Source: Lytechinus pictus (taxonomy: Eukaryota). From it: a DNA stretch of 64,000 nt. Made by a program: the position numbers and the translations under genes. Below are positions 51,005 through 62,242 of this stretch, in pieces. Under the pieces are notes generated by a model. It was not told the DNA's origin and ran no database searches. It saw only the letters and a list, made by a program, of their open reading frames with translations. The DNA is taken from contig NC_087250.1 in NCBI RefSeq assembly GCF_037042905.1, positions 20,710,001 to 20,774,000 of the forward strand. Reading direction: 5' to 3'. Each line of letters starts with the position of its first letter. Position 1 is the stretch's first letter.

Positions 51005-51463
51005 CCCGGAAGGGGGGGGGGGGGGAGGGCAGTCAAATATATTGCTGTACACACGCGTTACAAAAAAAAAACGCGTTTAAAGGGGTGTTTTTTAGTATTG
51101 GACGCGGTCCGCGCGTGGACCCGTTAAGGGTATAAAAAAACACCGATTTTCAAGAAAAAGGGTGGTTTTGAAAAACTGGTCAATGGTCAATCGCGGGGTC
51201 AAACGTATTTAGGGTATGTTTTTTCCCCAAAGCTTTTTTTTTAAGACTAGCCAAACGCGTTTAGGGTATGTTTTTTCCGCAAGCTTTTTCAACGAGGTCA
51301 TATTTTGGCGACAACTTGTTTAGGGGCCAAAATGTGTAAAATAAACCCCGCGAAAAACTTGTTTAGGGGGATATTTTGCACACACAGAAAAACTCGTTTA
51401 GGGGGTGTTAAGAAATGTCTTGGTCACGCGTGTGTACATCAATATATTTGACTGCCCCCCGGG
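51005..51463. mobile_element. MULE-like MITE
   Basis: TIR GGGCAGTCAAATATATTG(C/A)TGTACACACGCGT, with 9-bp TSD (T/G)GAAGTTGG. Confidence 0.7.
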
Positions 51464-51950
51464 GGAAGTTGGACGATGATGGCATTGGACAAGATATGGT
51501 TGGGCCAAAGTGAATACACACACATATCACCATTGTGATTAGTAAGAGGTAGTACAAATGATTGAAATTAGAGAGAGAGCATAAGTCTTTAAAAAAAGGA
51601 TAAAAATACATCCGAATACTGAAAAAAAAAACGCGAAAAATAACACACAGACAAAAAAAAACCGGACTAGATAACGAAGGAAATGAAGTAAAGTTGTAAT
51701 TAAAAATGCCTTGATATAAAGATTGCCTGTTGTTCGGACCAGGGGCCATTCCATCAAGCTGTTCGTAAGTTAAGAGCGACTTTAAGAATGACTGGTGATC
51801 CTTTCTTACGCGCTGAACCATCGCCAATAAACATTTTGGTGCTTATCATTTACCACAAGAAAGAATCACCAGTCAGTCTTAAAGTCACTCTTTACTCACT
51901 TTACTCACTGAAACAACTACCAGAAACGAATCCTTACGATCATAACGAAT

Positions 51951-52247
51951 AAATAATAATAATAATATAGAGCATTTATAAAGCGCCAAATCCACATTGA
52001 TTATGTGCTCAAGGCGCTGACTTACACTTGGAATATTATTATTACCCCGGCTGTAGCTAAGCGGCCATATAGGCGCTAAAGCGTTCAAGGAATAAATCCT
52101 ACTGGGTACCCATTCACCTCACCTGTGTCGAGTGCAGCACAATGTGGATAAATTTCTTGCCGAAGGAAATTACGCCACGGCTGGGATTCGAACCCACGAC
52201 CCTCTGTTTCAAAGTCCGAAGACTAATCCACTGGGCCACAACGCTCC
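51951..52247 (-). mobile_element. tRNA-derived SINE (family 1 head and centre, different L2-type tail)
   Basis: Head nearly identical to 11-300. TSD AACGAAT at 51944-51950 and 52248-52254. Confidence 0.85.
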
Positions 52248-52684
52248 AACGAATGTGAATTATTGTAGGATGAAACAAACAATATATATATATATATTAT
52301 ATAAAGTATGATAAAGTATGGCTGTATGACCACATGTACAGTATTGTGATTGCTAATACATCTAGGGGCCTGCATCATAAAACTTGTTATACTAACAAAT
52401 TTACAATAACTGTTAAAGGATATACTGAAATCTCTAAATCGGATCGGATGATATCAAATCTATTATATACAATGTGCATTTTTTTTTTACTATAACAAGT
52501 ATTTATGAAAATGGGCTTAGGAGAGACGGACCCCTGAAACCAGTAAAAAATGAAGTTCGAACAGGACACGATCAGATCAACAGGAATGGTTCAAGGTTTT
52601 CAGTTTTAATGGAATCTTGTATGAATGTGTTTATATATCATGGTATCACTTTCGAAACCATTCTCGAGCCTTTCTAAAAAATAT

Positions 52685-53205
52685 GCATTTCTTCCCCTTA
52701 AATCACTCAAGTAAATCACAATAAATCATATTAATGAAGATCTTGTACATGTATATAAAACAAAGATATATCTTTATTATCAACGAGATTGCAGATTTCA
52801 GATAACAAAGGAAATCAATTTACAGCTGTCCAATATACCAATGTCAAAAACATACAGGAAAATTGAATGTTTTGTCGTGTTGTTTTATCAACTGCGCCAT
52901 CTACGGCAAGGGCCTGATGAAACTAGAATTCGTTGATGTTTATCCAATGATAAATGGCAAAACGTTCTTTAGCAGTGGAATAAGTTTATTACGATAGATA
53001 TTAACGGTTACTGGGAAGTGAAAGATAAATGCCATGAATGAGGTCGGGTCGTGGCTTGAAATTCAAATGTTAACCATAAATCTACCACCAGTATTAGTTT
53101 GTAAAAAATGGTATTCTACAATATGTCTAAACGCCGCCTATTGAGATGCTTTAAACAGTCAAACACATGTAATATTTGTTTTGTCAACCTATGAATAGAC
53201 CAGCC
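52685..53205. repeat. Paralogous 3' flank/UTR block of Ly6 gene B
   Basis: Colinear with ~15085-15630, e.g. ATGAAGATCTTGTACAT, GCCATGAATGAGGTCGG and TTTGTTTTGTCAACCTATGAAT. Confidence 0.85.
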
Positions 53206-53786
53206 ACTGATACAGGTGTCCCAACACGAGTTTAGAGTGAATTATGGGGCGTAGCAACTAGCAAAGAGCTTGCGATCATTATTTTGAAAGTGTATTTTCG
53301 GTCCCAAAATCATTTATTGGTCCCATGCTTTGCAATTATTGTAAATCTGTGTTTGATTGCCGATCCAGTTCTTGCAACAAGAAATGTAATCTGATTTGCT
53401 ACATAAAAATGAGGTGAAATTGCAACAAGAAAACATTTGCCACTGATTCTGAATAGATTGTTGTTGTTGTTGTTGAATATAATGGCGCTCTTCAACCTCT
53501 CCAATATATACCCAGTCCATAGTGATGATTATATGATATATCAATATTGATTAGTCACCCATGCATCTATTATATTAAGTCCTAAAAAGTTATATATCTT
53601 CCCCGAATAGTAAATTAATACATATAAATATATAACAGACAAAGTAAATAACGCGCGTGCCAAAATGATCATAATTGTTCGTGGAAAAGATTCGTTCAAC
53701 ACCAAACGAACGGAGAGAGCAACAACGCACTGCAGTGTTGCTATAATAAAGAATAATTGAATTGCGCGCACAATTAGGTAGACATG

Positions 53787-53958
53787 TGTTCAATACCAGT
53801 CCATAACTACAGTAGAGGTCTAAATAAGACAAGAATTCACTCTGCAAATTCCAACACAAACGTTACTTTAATCGGCATCCATTTTACTACACGATTTTCT
53901 TGTGCACCCTATTTCGGGTCTCCTCGCACTAGTCTTCATTCAGACTGTATACACAACA
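53787..53958 (-). repeat. 3' LTR
   Basis: Identical to 58551-58722 and preceded on the minus strand by the polypurine tract. Confidence 0.97.
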
Positions 53959-54599
53959 TCTCCCCTCTACTTGAAATAGGGTATCGTATCAATTTTCAAA
54001 TGATCAAATAACACTAATGGCAAATAGAAGTATAAATATACCTTCTAGCATATACATGTGTTTTGAAAAAATAACCTTATACTGAAATCAGTTTGTAACA
54101 TTATGTACATTGTATTTCAAAACATAACTCTGTATTGTTTGCATATGTATCCTGGTTGCATAATAAATATTTTGTATCTTGAAAACCGATGTGTACAGTG
54201 CAATTATTTCAAATATGAGTTTCTTCTCTTTACCTGGTAACTTTATTAAATATATTGTTTTTATATGCATATGCAAGTGTTTAACCTGTGTAAGTTGTAT
54301 TAAGGAATTTCAAAACAACTGTTGCAAGTTTCTTTACCTGTATAAAACAGTACACCACATAATAATCACTTTCAACTTGCAATGAAAATAACACAAATTG
54401 TTGATTTTTCATTTGTTTTTTTTCACATGTATAACAATTTCCATGAAGTTCAATATCTTTCCTTCTTTTTTTTTTAAACCCTTGAAGCATAATTTGAACA
54501 AACATAAAATATACCTGTTCTTTAATCAATGAACCCTGAAAACAATTTACGCCCTTCTGTCATGAAAATAATTTCTTTTTCAGGCCTAATTACCAAGAT

Positions 54600-57500
54600 T
54601 CAATGAGAAACATAATCATATGTCCAGACTGGTACTTTTTTGTCACGTTTAGGTCTTTCATTATGACTTCCAGTCTGTTCACTAGCTGTGTTTGATTTTC
54701 TCTGATCAACATGACCACTATCCCTGAACAATGTCAGTTTTGAGGCATTCCAAATACGTCCGTCTTCCAAGACAAATGTGTACAAACCCTTTTTGGCTAC
54801 AATTTTCTGTGGTGCCTTAAACCATGAATTGTTCTTTTTCTTGACTCTTTTCACTCTAACCTTATCACCAATGCTAAACTTTGGAATGGAAGCACCCCTA
54901 GTTTTGTCAGCGTACTCGCGTGCTTTCTTTTGCTTTGCACCAACACGCCTTCGCATTTCAGTATCCTCCCCGGCACGCCTATTGCCATCATTAGCATCAT
55001 GAATATGTAATGGCGTGACCATGGGTCGACCATGTAACAACTCTGCTGGAGTTGTACCAGTGGTCTGATGAGGGGTAGCGCGGTATGCCATAAGCAATTC
55101 AAGGACTGCTTCCTTCCATGGTTTACCTTGCATTGTTGCAATTTGAAGCGTTTGCTTCAACACCCTATTCCAACGTTCAACCTCACCATTTGAACGCGGG
55201 TAGTACAGTGATGCTTTGGAATGTGAAATACCTAGCTTCTTTAGGAAATCTTCAAATTCACTAGATACAAATTGAACACCATTGTCAGTAACAACTTCAG
55301 AAGGAATACCTTCCCTAGCGAACACTTGTGTAAGAAATGTAATGACTGAATGTGTAGTCACTTCAGAAACAAAAGCAACCTCTGGCCATTTGGAGTAATA
55401 ATCTATGGCTACAATGGCATATTTGTATGAAGGTTGTGTAGTATTGAATGGACCTGTTATGTCAATACCTATTTTCTTCCAAGGTCCATCAGGAAGAGGA
55501 ACACTCTGTAAGGGAGTATTACGAGTATTTGAAACCTTATCACTTGATTGACACAAACTACAATTATGAATAGCATCCTCTACCATCCTATCCATACATG
55601 ACCACCAATAAATATCACGTAAGCGTTGCTTGGTACGCACTATTCCTTGGTGTGCGGAGTGCGCATTTGTAATCAAGATTGCTTGAAGTGATTTGGGAAT
55701 GACAACTCTATTACCACGAAACACGCAATCATCAATGATTGTAAGCTCATCGCGAATCATGTAATATGCTTTCAGTGAACTATCTTTGCTCGATTCTTTT
55801 GACCAACCATGTAATATCTTCTCAATCACACGTTGTAGAATTGAATCAGAAGCCGTTGCACGTTGTAACTCGGCTTTTGATATTGTAACTTCCGCGAATA
55901 TGCTCTGGATCACAACTTCATGATCATCATCTTCAAAGACTGAAGGCGTTGGTTGTGGTAATCGCGATAATGCATCAGCAGCATGATTCTGTAGACCTGG
56001 AATGTACTCGACGGTGTAGTTGAATCGTAGCAAACGCGTAGCCCATCGAGCGATCCTCATAGACTGACGTCCTGTCCCCTTCGTTGACAACAATGTAGTA
56101 AGAGATTGATGATCTGTGCGGAGAACAAAATGGCGGCCCCACACGTACTGGAACCACTTTTCACAAGCCCATACACATGCGAGAGCTTCTTTCTCGCCCA
56201 CCGAATAGTTTTTCTCAGCTTTAGTGAGCGTACGGGAAGCGTAAGAGATAGGAACCTCCTTTCCATCCTTCATCTGCATAAGGACAGCTCCTAACCCGTA
56301 TTCTGATGCGTCAGTTGAAATAACTACTGGTAGATCTGGATCGAAAAGATGCAACGTCGAACAATGTAGGATCTGATCTTTGACTGTAGCAAATGATTCG
56401 GCAGCAGCAGTAGACCACACGAACGAAACGTCCTTCTTGGTCAACTCTCGTAGTGGTGCAGTTACGCTGGAGAAATTCGGAATGAACTTTGCGTAATACG
56501 AAGCCAGTCCCAAGAATGATCGGAATGTTGCAGCATCCTCAGGAACCGGAGCATCTCGTATTGCAGCAACGTTATCTTCATTAGGTTGAACGCCTTTGGC
56601 AGAGATAACATGCCCTAGATAACTGATCTCCTTCAGGTTGAACTGGCACTTCTGTAAGTTCAGTGTAAGTCCTACACTCTGTAGCCGTTGTAGAACTGCC
56701 CGAAGATTTGTGTCATGGGTTGATAGAGTATCACCGTAGATGATGATGTCGTCAAGGTAGCACTGGACACCAGAAAGTCCAGCTAGAATAGACGACATAA
56801 GCTTCTGGAATGCTGAAGGAGCCGAAGAAAGTCCAAAGCAGACACGCTTGAACTGAAAGAGTCCTTCATGCGTAATGAAAGTTGTGAGATGACGCGAATC
56901 CTCATGAAGAAGAAGCTGATGGTATGCACTTTTGAGATCTAAAGTGCTGAATACAGTTGCTCCTCGCATCTCACTCAACAGTTCTTCTATGTGAGGCAGT
57001 GGATATTTATCCTCAACTATCGCTCTGTTCACATCTCGCAAATCGACACACAGGCGGATGTCCCCATTCTTCTTATTCACGACGACTAATGAGGAAATCC
57101 ATTCACTTGATTCTACTGGTTCAATGATATCAGCTTTAACCAAACGCTGTAACTCTGTCGACACTTTGTCTCTAACTGCAAAAGGTAGGCGTCGCAGCTT
57201 GTGTTGTACTGGCGGCACGTCCTGTTTCGTCTTCACACGATGCACGTAACCCTTCGCAAGTCCAACATGGTCACTGAAGAGCTCGTTGAATTCACCACAA
57301 ATCTCTGAGTTCACTGCATTAACCTCGTCTGGCATCTGTGGTAGCACATGTAACAACTTCATGAGATCACGTCCCATGAGACAGCTTCCTTTTGTAGCAA
57401 TGAAGAATTCGCACATGACTGTAAGGTCACCATGAGAAATATTGGCCTTGAACATCCCAACCACTGGAATTTGTTCATCTGTGAGGTAAGTAGTGAGAAT

Positions 57501-58538
57501 ACAATTAGCTCGTGGTGGCAGAAGAGCTTTCCGAGTAAAATGTTTGTAAAAAATGTCAAGAGGAATGGTTGACACGCGAGACCCTGTATCAAATAACAAG
57601 TCAAGCTTCACTGATCCGTTCACCGTAACTGGAAACAAGATTGCATCCTTGGATGGGTGAATAGTCAAAACCTCAACGTTATGTAGTTGAGACTGTTCTG
57701 AAGAAATTTGATGAACAGCTTGCTGTCGGGACCTACACACTTTAGCAAAATGTCCCTTTTTCCCACATGAATTGCAAGTTGCTTCTCTAGCTTTACAAGA
57801 GACATCATTAGCTTTGTGCCTCTTATCACCGCAACGATAACAAGTTACAGTTTTCTGTTCAGGTGGACTGGCAGTTGACTGTTTCCACGCACCAGGCTGT
57901 TTCTGTCTACGCTTTGGCTTAAACTTCACTGCGTTCACACTATCTGCAGGTGTATTCAGTGCTCGAGTCTCTCGTGACGCAGATTCCATCTGACGTGCAA
58001 TTGTCATAGCAGACTGAAGAGTAAGATACGGCTCGATCAGAAGCCTTTCCCGAATTCGCTCTGAGTTGGTCTTCTCCACCAGTTGATCCCGAATGAACTC
58101 ATCTCGAAGATCACCAAACGCACAGGTAAGTGACAGAGACCGGAGTGCACAAACATATGTTTCCACAGGCTCGTCTGGCATCTGGCCTCTCTGTCGGAAA
58201 CGGTAACGTTCAGCAACAACATTAACCGTTGGTAGAAAATGATTATCTAGTCTGTCTATGGCTTCTGCATATGAACAAGACTCACCAGCACCGGTTTCTG
58301 TAGATGACCCAGCAATAGCAGCAGAGGTCCCCGATGAGGTAGATGGTAATGTATGAAACACCCGCTGGCCCTCCGCTCCGAGACAGTGGAGTAGCAAGGC
58401 ACGGCGACGGTCCTCGTTAAATTTGTTGGCAGCCGATGCAACGAGATACACGTCAAAGAGTCCTTTCCATTGTTTCCATGGCATAGCAGGAGTGCCTGGA
58501 GTAGGTAAAAAGTATGGCGGGGGTTGCAAATTCGCCAT
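54600..58538 (-). CDS. Gag-Pol polyprotein, 1312 aa from the ATG at 58538
   Basis: Two CCHC knuckles (CYRCGDKRH...C and CNSCGKKGHFAKVC), protease LFDTGS, RT YLDD, RNase H TDAS, and integrase HHCC plus D,D(35)E, in Gypsy order. Confidence 0.96.
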   Translation of the reverse strand: MANLQPPPYFLPTPGTPAMPWKQWKGLFDVYLVASAANKFNEDRRRALLLHCLGAEGQRVFHTLPSTSSGTSAAIAGSSTETGAGESCSYAEAIDRLDNHFLPTVNVVAERYRFRQRGQMPDEPVETYVCALRSLSLTCAFGDLRDEFIRDQLVEKTNSERIRERLLIEPYLTLQSAMTIARQMESASRETRALNTPADSVNAVKFKPKRRQKQPGAWKQSTASPPEQKTVTCYRCGDKRHKANDVSCKAREATCNSCGKKGHFAKVCRSRQQAVHQISSEQSQLHNVEVLTIHPSKDAILFPVTVNGSVKLDLLFDTGSRVSTIPLDIFYKHFTRKALLPPRANCILTTYLTDEQIPVVGMFKANISHGDLTVMCEFFIATKGSCLMGRDLMKLLHVLPQMPDEVNAVNSEICGEFNELFSDHVGLAKGYVHRVKTKQDVPPVQHKLRRLPFAVRDKVSTELQRLVKADIIEPVESSEWISSLVVVNKKNGDIRLCVDLRDVNRAIVEDKYPLPHIEELLSEMRGATVFSTLDLKSAYHQLLLHEDSRHLTTFITHEGLFQFKRVCFGLSSAPSAFQKLMSSILAGLSGVQCYLDDIIIYGDTLSTHDTNLRAVLQRLQSVGLTLNLQKCQFNLKEISYLGHVISAKGVQPNEDNVAAIRDAPVPEDAATFRSFLGLASYYAKFIPNFSSVTAPLRELTKKDVSFVWSTAAAESFATVKDQILHCSTLHLFDPDLPVVISTDASEYGLGAVLMQMKDGKEVPISYASRTLTKAEKNYSVGEKEALACVWACEKWFQYVWGRHFVLRTDHQSLTTLLSTKGTGRQSMRIARWATRLLRFNYTVEYIPGLQNHAADALSRLPQPTPSVFEDDDHEVVIQSIFAEVTISKAELQRATASDSILQRVIEKILHGWSKESSKDSSLKAYYMIRDELTIIDDCVFRGNRVVIPKSLQAILITNAHSAHQGIVRTKQRLRDIYWWSCMDRMVEDAIHNCSLCQSSDKVSNTRNTPLQSVPLPDGPWKKIGIDITGPFNTTQPSYKYAIVAIDYYSKWPEVAFVSEVTTHSVITFLTQVFAREGIPSEVVTDNGVQFVSSEFEDFLKKLGISHSKASLYYPRSNGEVERWNRVLKQTLQIATMQGKPWKEAVLELLMAYRATPHQTTGTTPAELLHGRPMVTPLHIHDANDGNRRAGEDTEMRRRVGAKQKKAREYADKTRGASIPKFSIGDKVRVKRVKKKNNSWFKAPQKIVAKKGLYTFVLEDGRIWNASKLTLFRDSGHVDQRKSNTASEQTGSHNERPKRDKKVPVWTYDYVSH

Positions 58539-58550
58539 CCTCGTCGCCAA

Positions 58551-58722
58551 TGTTCAATACCAGTCCATAACTACAGTAGAGGTCTAAATAAGACAAGAAT
58601 TCACTCTGCAAATTCCAACACAAACGTTACTTTAATCGGCATCCATTTTACTACACGATTTTCTTGTGCACCCTATTTCGGGTCTCCTCGCACTAGTCTT
58701 CATTCAGACTGTATACACAACA
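58551..58722 (-). repeat. 5' LTR
   Basis: Followed on the minus strand by the PBS (58549-58535). Confidence 0.97.
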
Positions 58723-60395
58723 ACATGCCAACAAAACCAAGAACCAACACAACACATTCACAAAATAATAGCGAAATAGAGATAAAATAACAGATTATGA
58801 CAATTCTAGATTCAAAGAACAGAAATACAAAAATATACAAACACTGGAATAATAATGTACCACATCTTAGAAATAAACCCATCACTTAATTGTTGTCTTA
58901 AATCAGTTCAATCCTCAGTAAACAGGATACAATTCTTTCATTAAATAAACCAGTCTGTAACACGGATTTAGCCAAGCTCAATTTGTGACCTACGAAATCT
59001 TCTCAGATAACTATAAAAAAAAGAAGATTGTAGAGTTATTTTTTTCGAATTCCTCATTTTCAACATTTTTTCTTAAAAGCTTTTGCTTTAAATATCTATC
59101 ATGTTAAAACATATATGATATATTTAGATCAGATTTTGTATTTTTCCAAAATATTACGTAGTTATGATAACAGTTTTATGACCTTGCATATCACTTATGA
59201 TATAAGAGAGATACATGAGGTTGATACATTGTTCATCTAAATTTCGCTGCTCCACATTAATGCGCATACACAATCCAGCGCCATGGTTTGACCGTACCTA
59301 TCGTGTCCGGTGCTCCGGCCGCGCCGGCCAGTACGAGATAGGGGTACGGTTGGCTGGTAGCTGCATTTCTGCATGCATGCCCCGGGACGAAATTGTTTTT
59401 CCCAACGCAGTTGCGAAGCCCATATGAATATTCATGACTTGCGTCTTCGGAATAAGCCACTAACAAAGTGAACTGGACTTAATCGGGATAAATTAGCAAA
59501 TTGGTTTATTCAATGACAGAACTCAATCCTATTTACCGAAGATTTTATACAAATTAACACTGACAATAATTTATTTAAAGTTTTATTTATTTAAAGTTTT
59601 ATTTATTATTTATTTATGTGGTTAATTATTATTCCATTGTTTGTATATTTTTGTGTAAATTTGAATCTAGCATCGTCACAATCTTTTAGTTTACTTTTAA
59701 TTTGCTATTAATCCCTGAGTGTATTGTGTCGGTTCGTGGTTTCGTTGGCATGCCTATCAAATTCGTGCACTTCAGTTGTATGCGTGTATCGAATGGACCC
59801 TCTACGTTCTTTGGTCAAAGCTTCACCATTTAGTGACAATGTAAGATACAAGCAGTGATACAAAGAGAGCCGTGATGCTGATACTCAACCCCGGTGCGCC
59901 GTCGCAGAGATTTCCGTTGCATGAGCATGATGAGCAAGTAATTCTGCTGCCAGATACGAATTCAGAACCACGAGGCAGGAGATAGGCGGCTAAGAGTTGC
60001 AGTTCTTGTAGTCGTTCATTGGTTAACCGCTCACATCTGTTAAAATTCTTCCCACATCGCCGGTCAACCACGTCTGACGACACAGCTCCAACTATGAAAT
60101 ATAATAACGGAATAGGTTTCTAATAGCATAAATGGATTTACATATTCGATGCGAAAAGATTGTCACGCTTTAAATAACAAGTGCTGAAATAAAATAAAAA
60201 AGGATCAGGTTTAACTTCGCTGAGCAAAATTTTTTGTCTTTTCAATATTCAACTGTAATTTTTTAATGTATTTATATATTATATTCAATAAATTATATCA
60301 TATTTGGTCCTATTACTTTCTTTTTCCTTTCGCATTCCACTTCATGTCCTTGTTTGTCTTTCCTTTATGAATTAATACAGACCAAGCAGGTTTTT

Positions 60396-60700
60396 CACTG
60401 TTAGAAAATTTATCCTTAAAATGAAAGAAGTTCCTGCAGCAGAGTCTCGAGAACACCTATAATCTTACCAGATTGCGTAATCTCACATTATATCATGTAA
60501 ATTTACAGGAAATTGGTATTTGGTGTATGGAACCTTACAAATTTCCTTTAATAAAAAACCCTTTTCCCCTTTTTAAACAGACCTGTTCTGTTAAATTGCA
60601 GAAAAATCCCTGTTTTATTATTTTTTTATGAATATGACTCTGTTATTGCTTTCTGCAAAATCTTTTTTTTTCCTGTAAAATCAGGATTTTTTTAACAGTG
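60396..60700. mobile_element. CACT-ended MITE
   Basis: CACTGTTAGAAAA ... TTTTTTAACAGTG. Confidence 0.6.
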
Positions 60701-60950
60701 CGCTCATTTACTTCTGGCTACTGTGTTATTCCAAAAGTTTCAAAAACTTGGGGGGGGGGGGGGTCATTTGCTAATGAGTGTCATACTTTGTGGAATAGCC
60801 TTCCCAAAGACATTAACAAATGTATATCGAGACTTTTAAAAATCTTCTGACAACTTTATTTAACTTTTAGCTCTTTATGCACCTTGAGCACTCTACAGAG
60901 TGGATTTGGCGCTCTACACGTCACATTACTATAATTATTATCATTATTTT
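60701..60950 (+). mobile_element. L2-type LINE 3' remnant
   Basis: LWNSLP codons (TTGTGGAATAGCCTTCCC), then GCACCTTGAGCAC...GTGGATTTGGCGCT and an (ATT)n tail. Confidence 0.6.
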
Positions 60951-62242
60951 GTCTTTGAACTTGTTTGACAGGTAAAAACAAATCCTAGGCCTATTGAGAT
61001 ATCATTTCATTTGCATTATTCAATAGTGAAATATAATTCAAGTGACATAGGGGAAAGAGAAAAGGATAACACAAAATATAGAATAGACATGTAAAAAAGG
61101 GAGATTATGATAAAGAAGAAGATCATATTTTACTCTACGTCCATTGATTTTTCCTTACTTTCTTCTTGGTGGAGGGGACCCTTTTTTTTGGGGGGGGGGG
61201 GGGGAGGGGACAACACAATATCCCCCAACGGTGTGTATGCCAGTAAGAGAGAGAGGGGGGCATGGGGTTGAGAGGAAGAGACAGAGAGAGAGGGGGAGGG
61301 AGGGAGAAGAGAGAGAGAGGGGCAGACAGAGAGGGATAGAGAACTTACGTAAGGGGGGGGGGCTCTATTTCCTCTCGTATCTGGAATGAGTGTATGTGAG
61401 AAATACGAAGAGAGCAACAGGGGGGGGGGGGCAGGGTAGATGATCATAACCCTTACACTTGTCATTGTTGAAATTGAATGTATAAACCTCTTTCACACAT
61501 CCCTCGCCTCTTGAACAAGTCACTGTTCGGAGGTTGTCATCGTCACATCCTGTGTCCTAGCCTGATGGATCGACCTTCGGGTTATCATACGAAACGGACT
61601 GACATTCATAGCATGACTCTGAGAAAGCTGACATAAAAAAAAACACATAATGAATAAGATGGAACACATATGGAAACACATACTATTTCTTCTCAACTCA
61701 ACCCTGGGGGAAGCAGCGATGTGTCCGAGTCCAGTCAGTCTGAGTCCGAGACCAAGTCCGAGTCACGCCTTCCGAGTCCGCGTCCAAGACCGAGTCCGGC
61801 ACAACGTATTACATAGTCAATCAGAAACAAGTTTCGCATTCAAAATATCATACTTTAAAAATATATATATTATACAAACTACAAAACAATTATGAAACAA
61901 AAGTATGTTGTTGATTTTGAAGTTTAATAGGAACGTCCTTGGTTGTTTTCCCTAAAATTGGTTTTCACATATTTCACATGGGTTCAACTGATAATGATTC
62001 ACAGGAGAACTTAAAGAAATACTAGGTGTTTCAATGACGGAATAACAAAGTGCACAGGAAAGATTATTTGACTGAGTTTTTCAACTTAAAATTTAGACAT
62101 ACCACTCCTACACACTGTTGTAAATCCGGTCCGAGCAGTGTGTGTGTGTGGGGGGGGGGTGAAAATAATTGAGATGGAAATTAAGTATATAACCGTCTAC
62201 ATAATCCTTTTATCTTTCAGTTAAAGGACTCTTAGGATTTGC

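Larger units (their letters stand above)
53787..58722 (-). mobile_element. Intact Ty3/Gypsy LTR retrotransposon (Mag/SURL-like), 4936 bp
   Basis: Identical 172-bp TG...CA LTRs, 5-bp TSD ACATG, PBS TGGCGACGAGGATGG, PPT AGAGGGGAGA, and a single gag-pol ORF. Confidence 0.97.
53701..59815. mobile_element. Old fold-back (long-TIR) element just 3' of the gene B stop, later hit by the Gypsy element
   Basis: 53701-53786 plus 58728-58815 is a diverged reverse complement of ~59660-59815 (CATGCCAAC(A/G)AAACCA(A/C)GAACC...CTAGATTCAAA). Confidence 0.6.
59823..61627 (-). pseudogene. Gene B: Ly6/uPAR paralog exons 2-3, join(61627-61457,60091-59823), in-frame TAG at 61559-61557; exon 1 lies beyond the window
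   Basis: Conserved splice sites and phases. Exon 2 reads (A)FSESCYECQSVSYDNPKVDPSG*DTGCDDDNLRTVTCSRGEGCVKEVYTFNFNNDK and exon 3 ends ...TCSSCSCNGNLCDGAPGLSISITALFVSLLVSYIVTKW*. Intron 1 homology 62900-63830 vs 33100-33780. Confidence 0.85.

Noticed and set aside
52914..52940. Hammerhead ribozyme core CTGATGA
   Set aside because: No stem II followed by GAAA can be built, and the paralogous site reads TTGATGA.
6480..61559. Local suppression system in which the UCA tRNA-like gene rescues the window's premature stops
   Set aside because: All three premature stops (6480, 8543, 61559) are TAG, which a UCA anticodon cannot read. Single-base nonsense mutation explains them.
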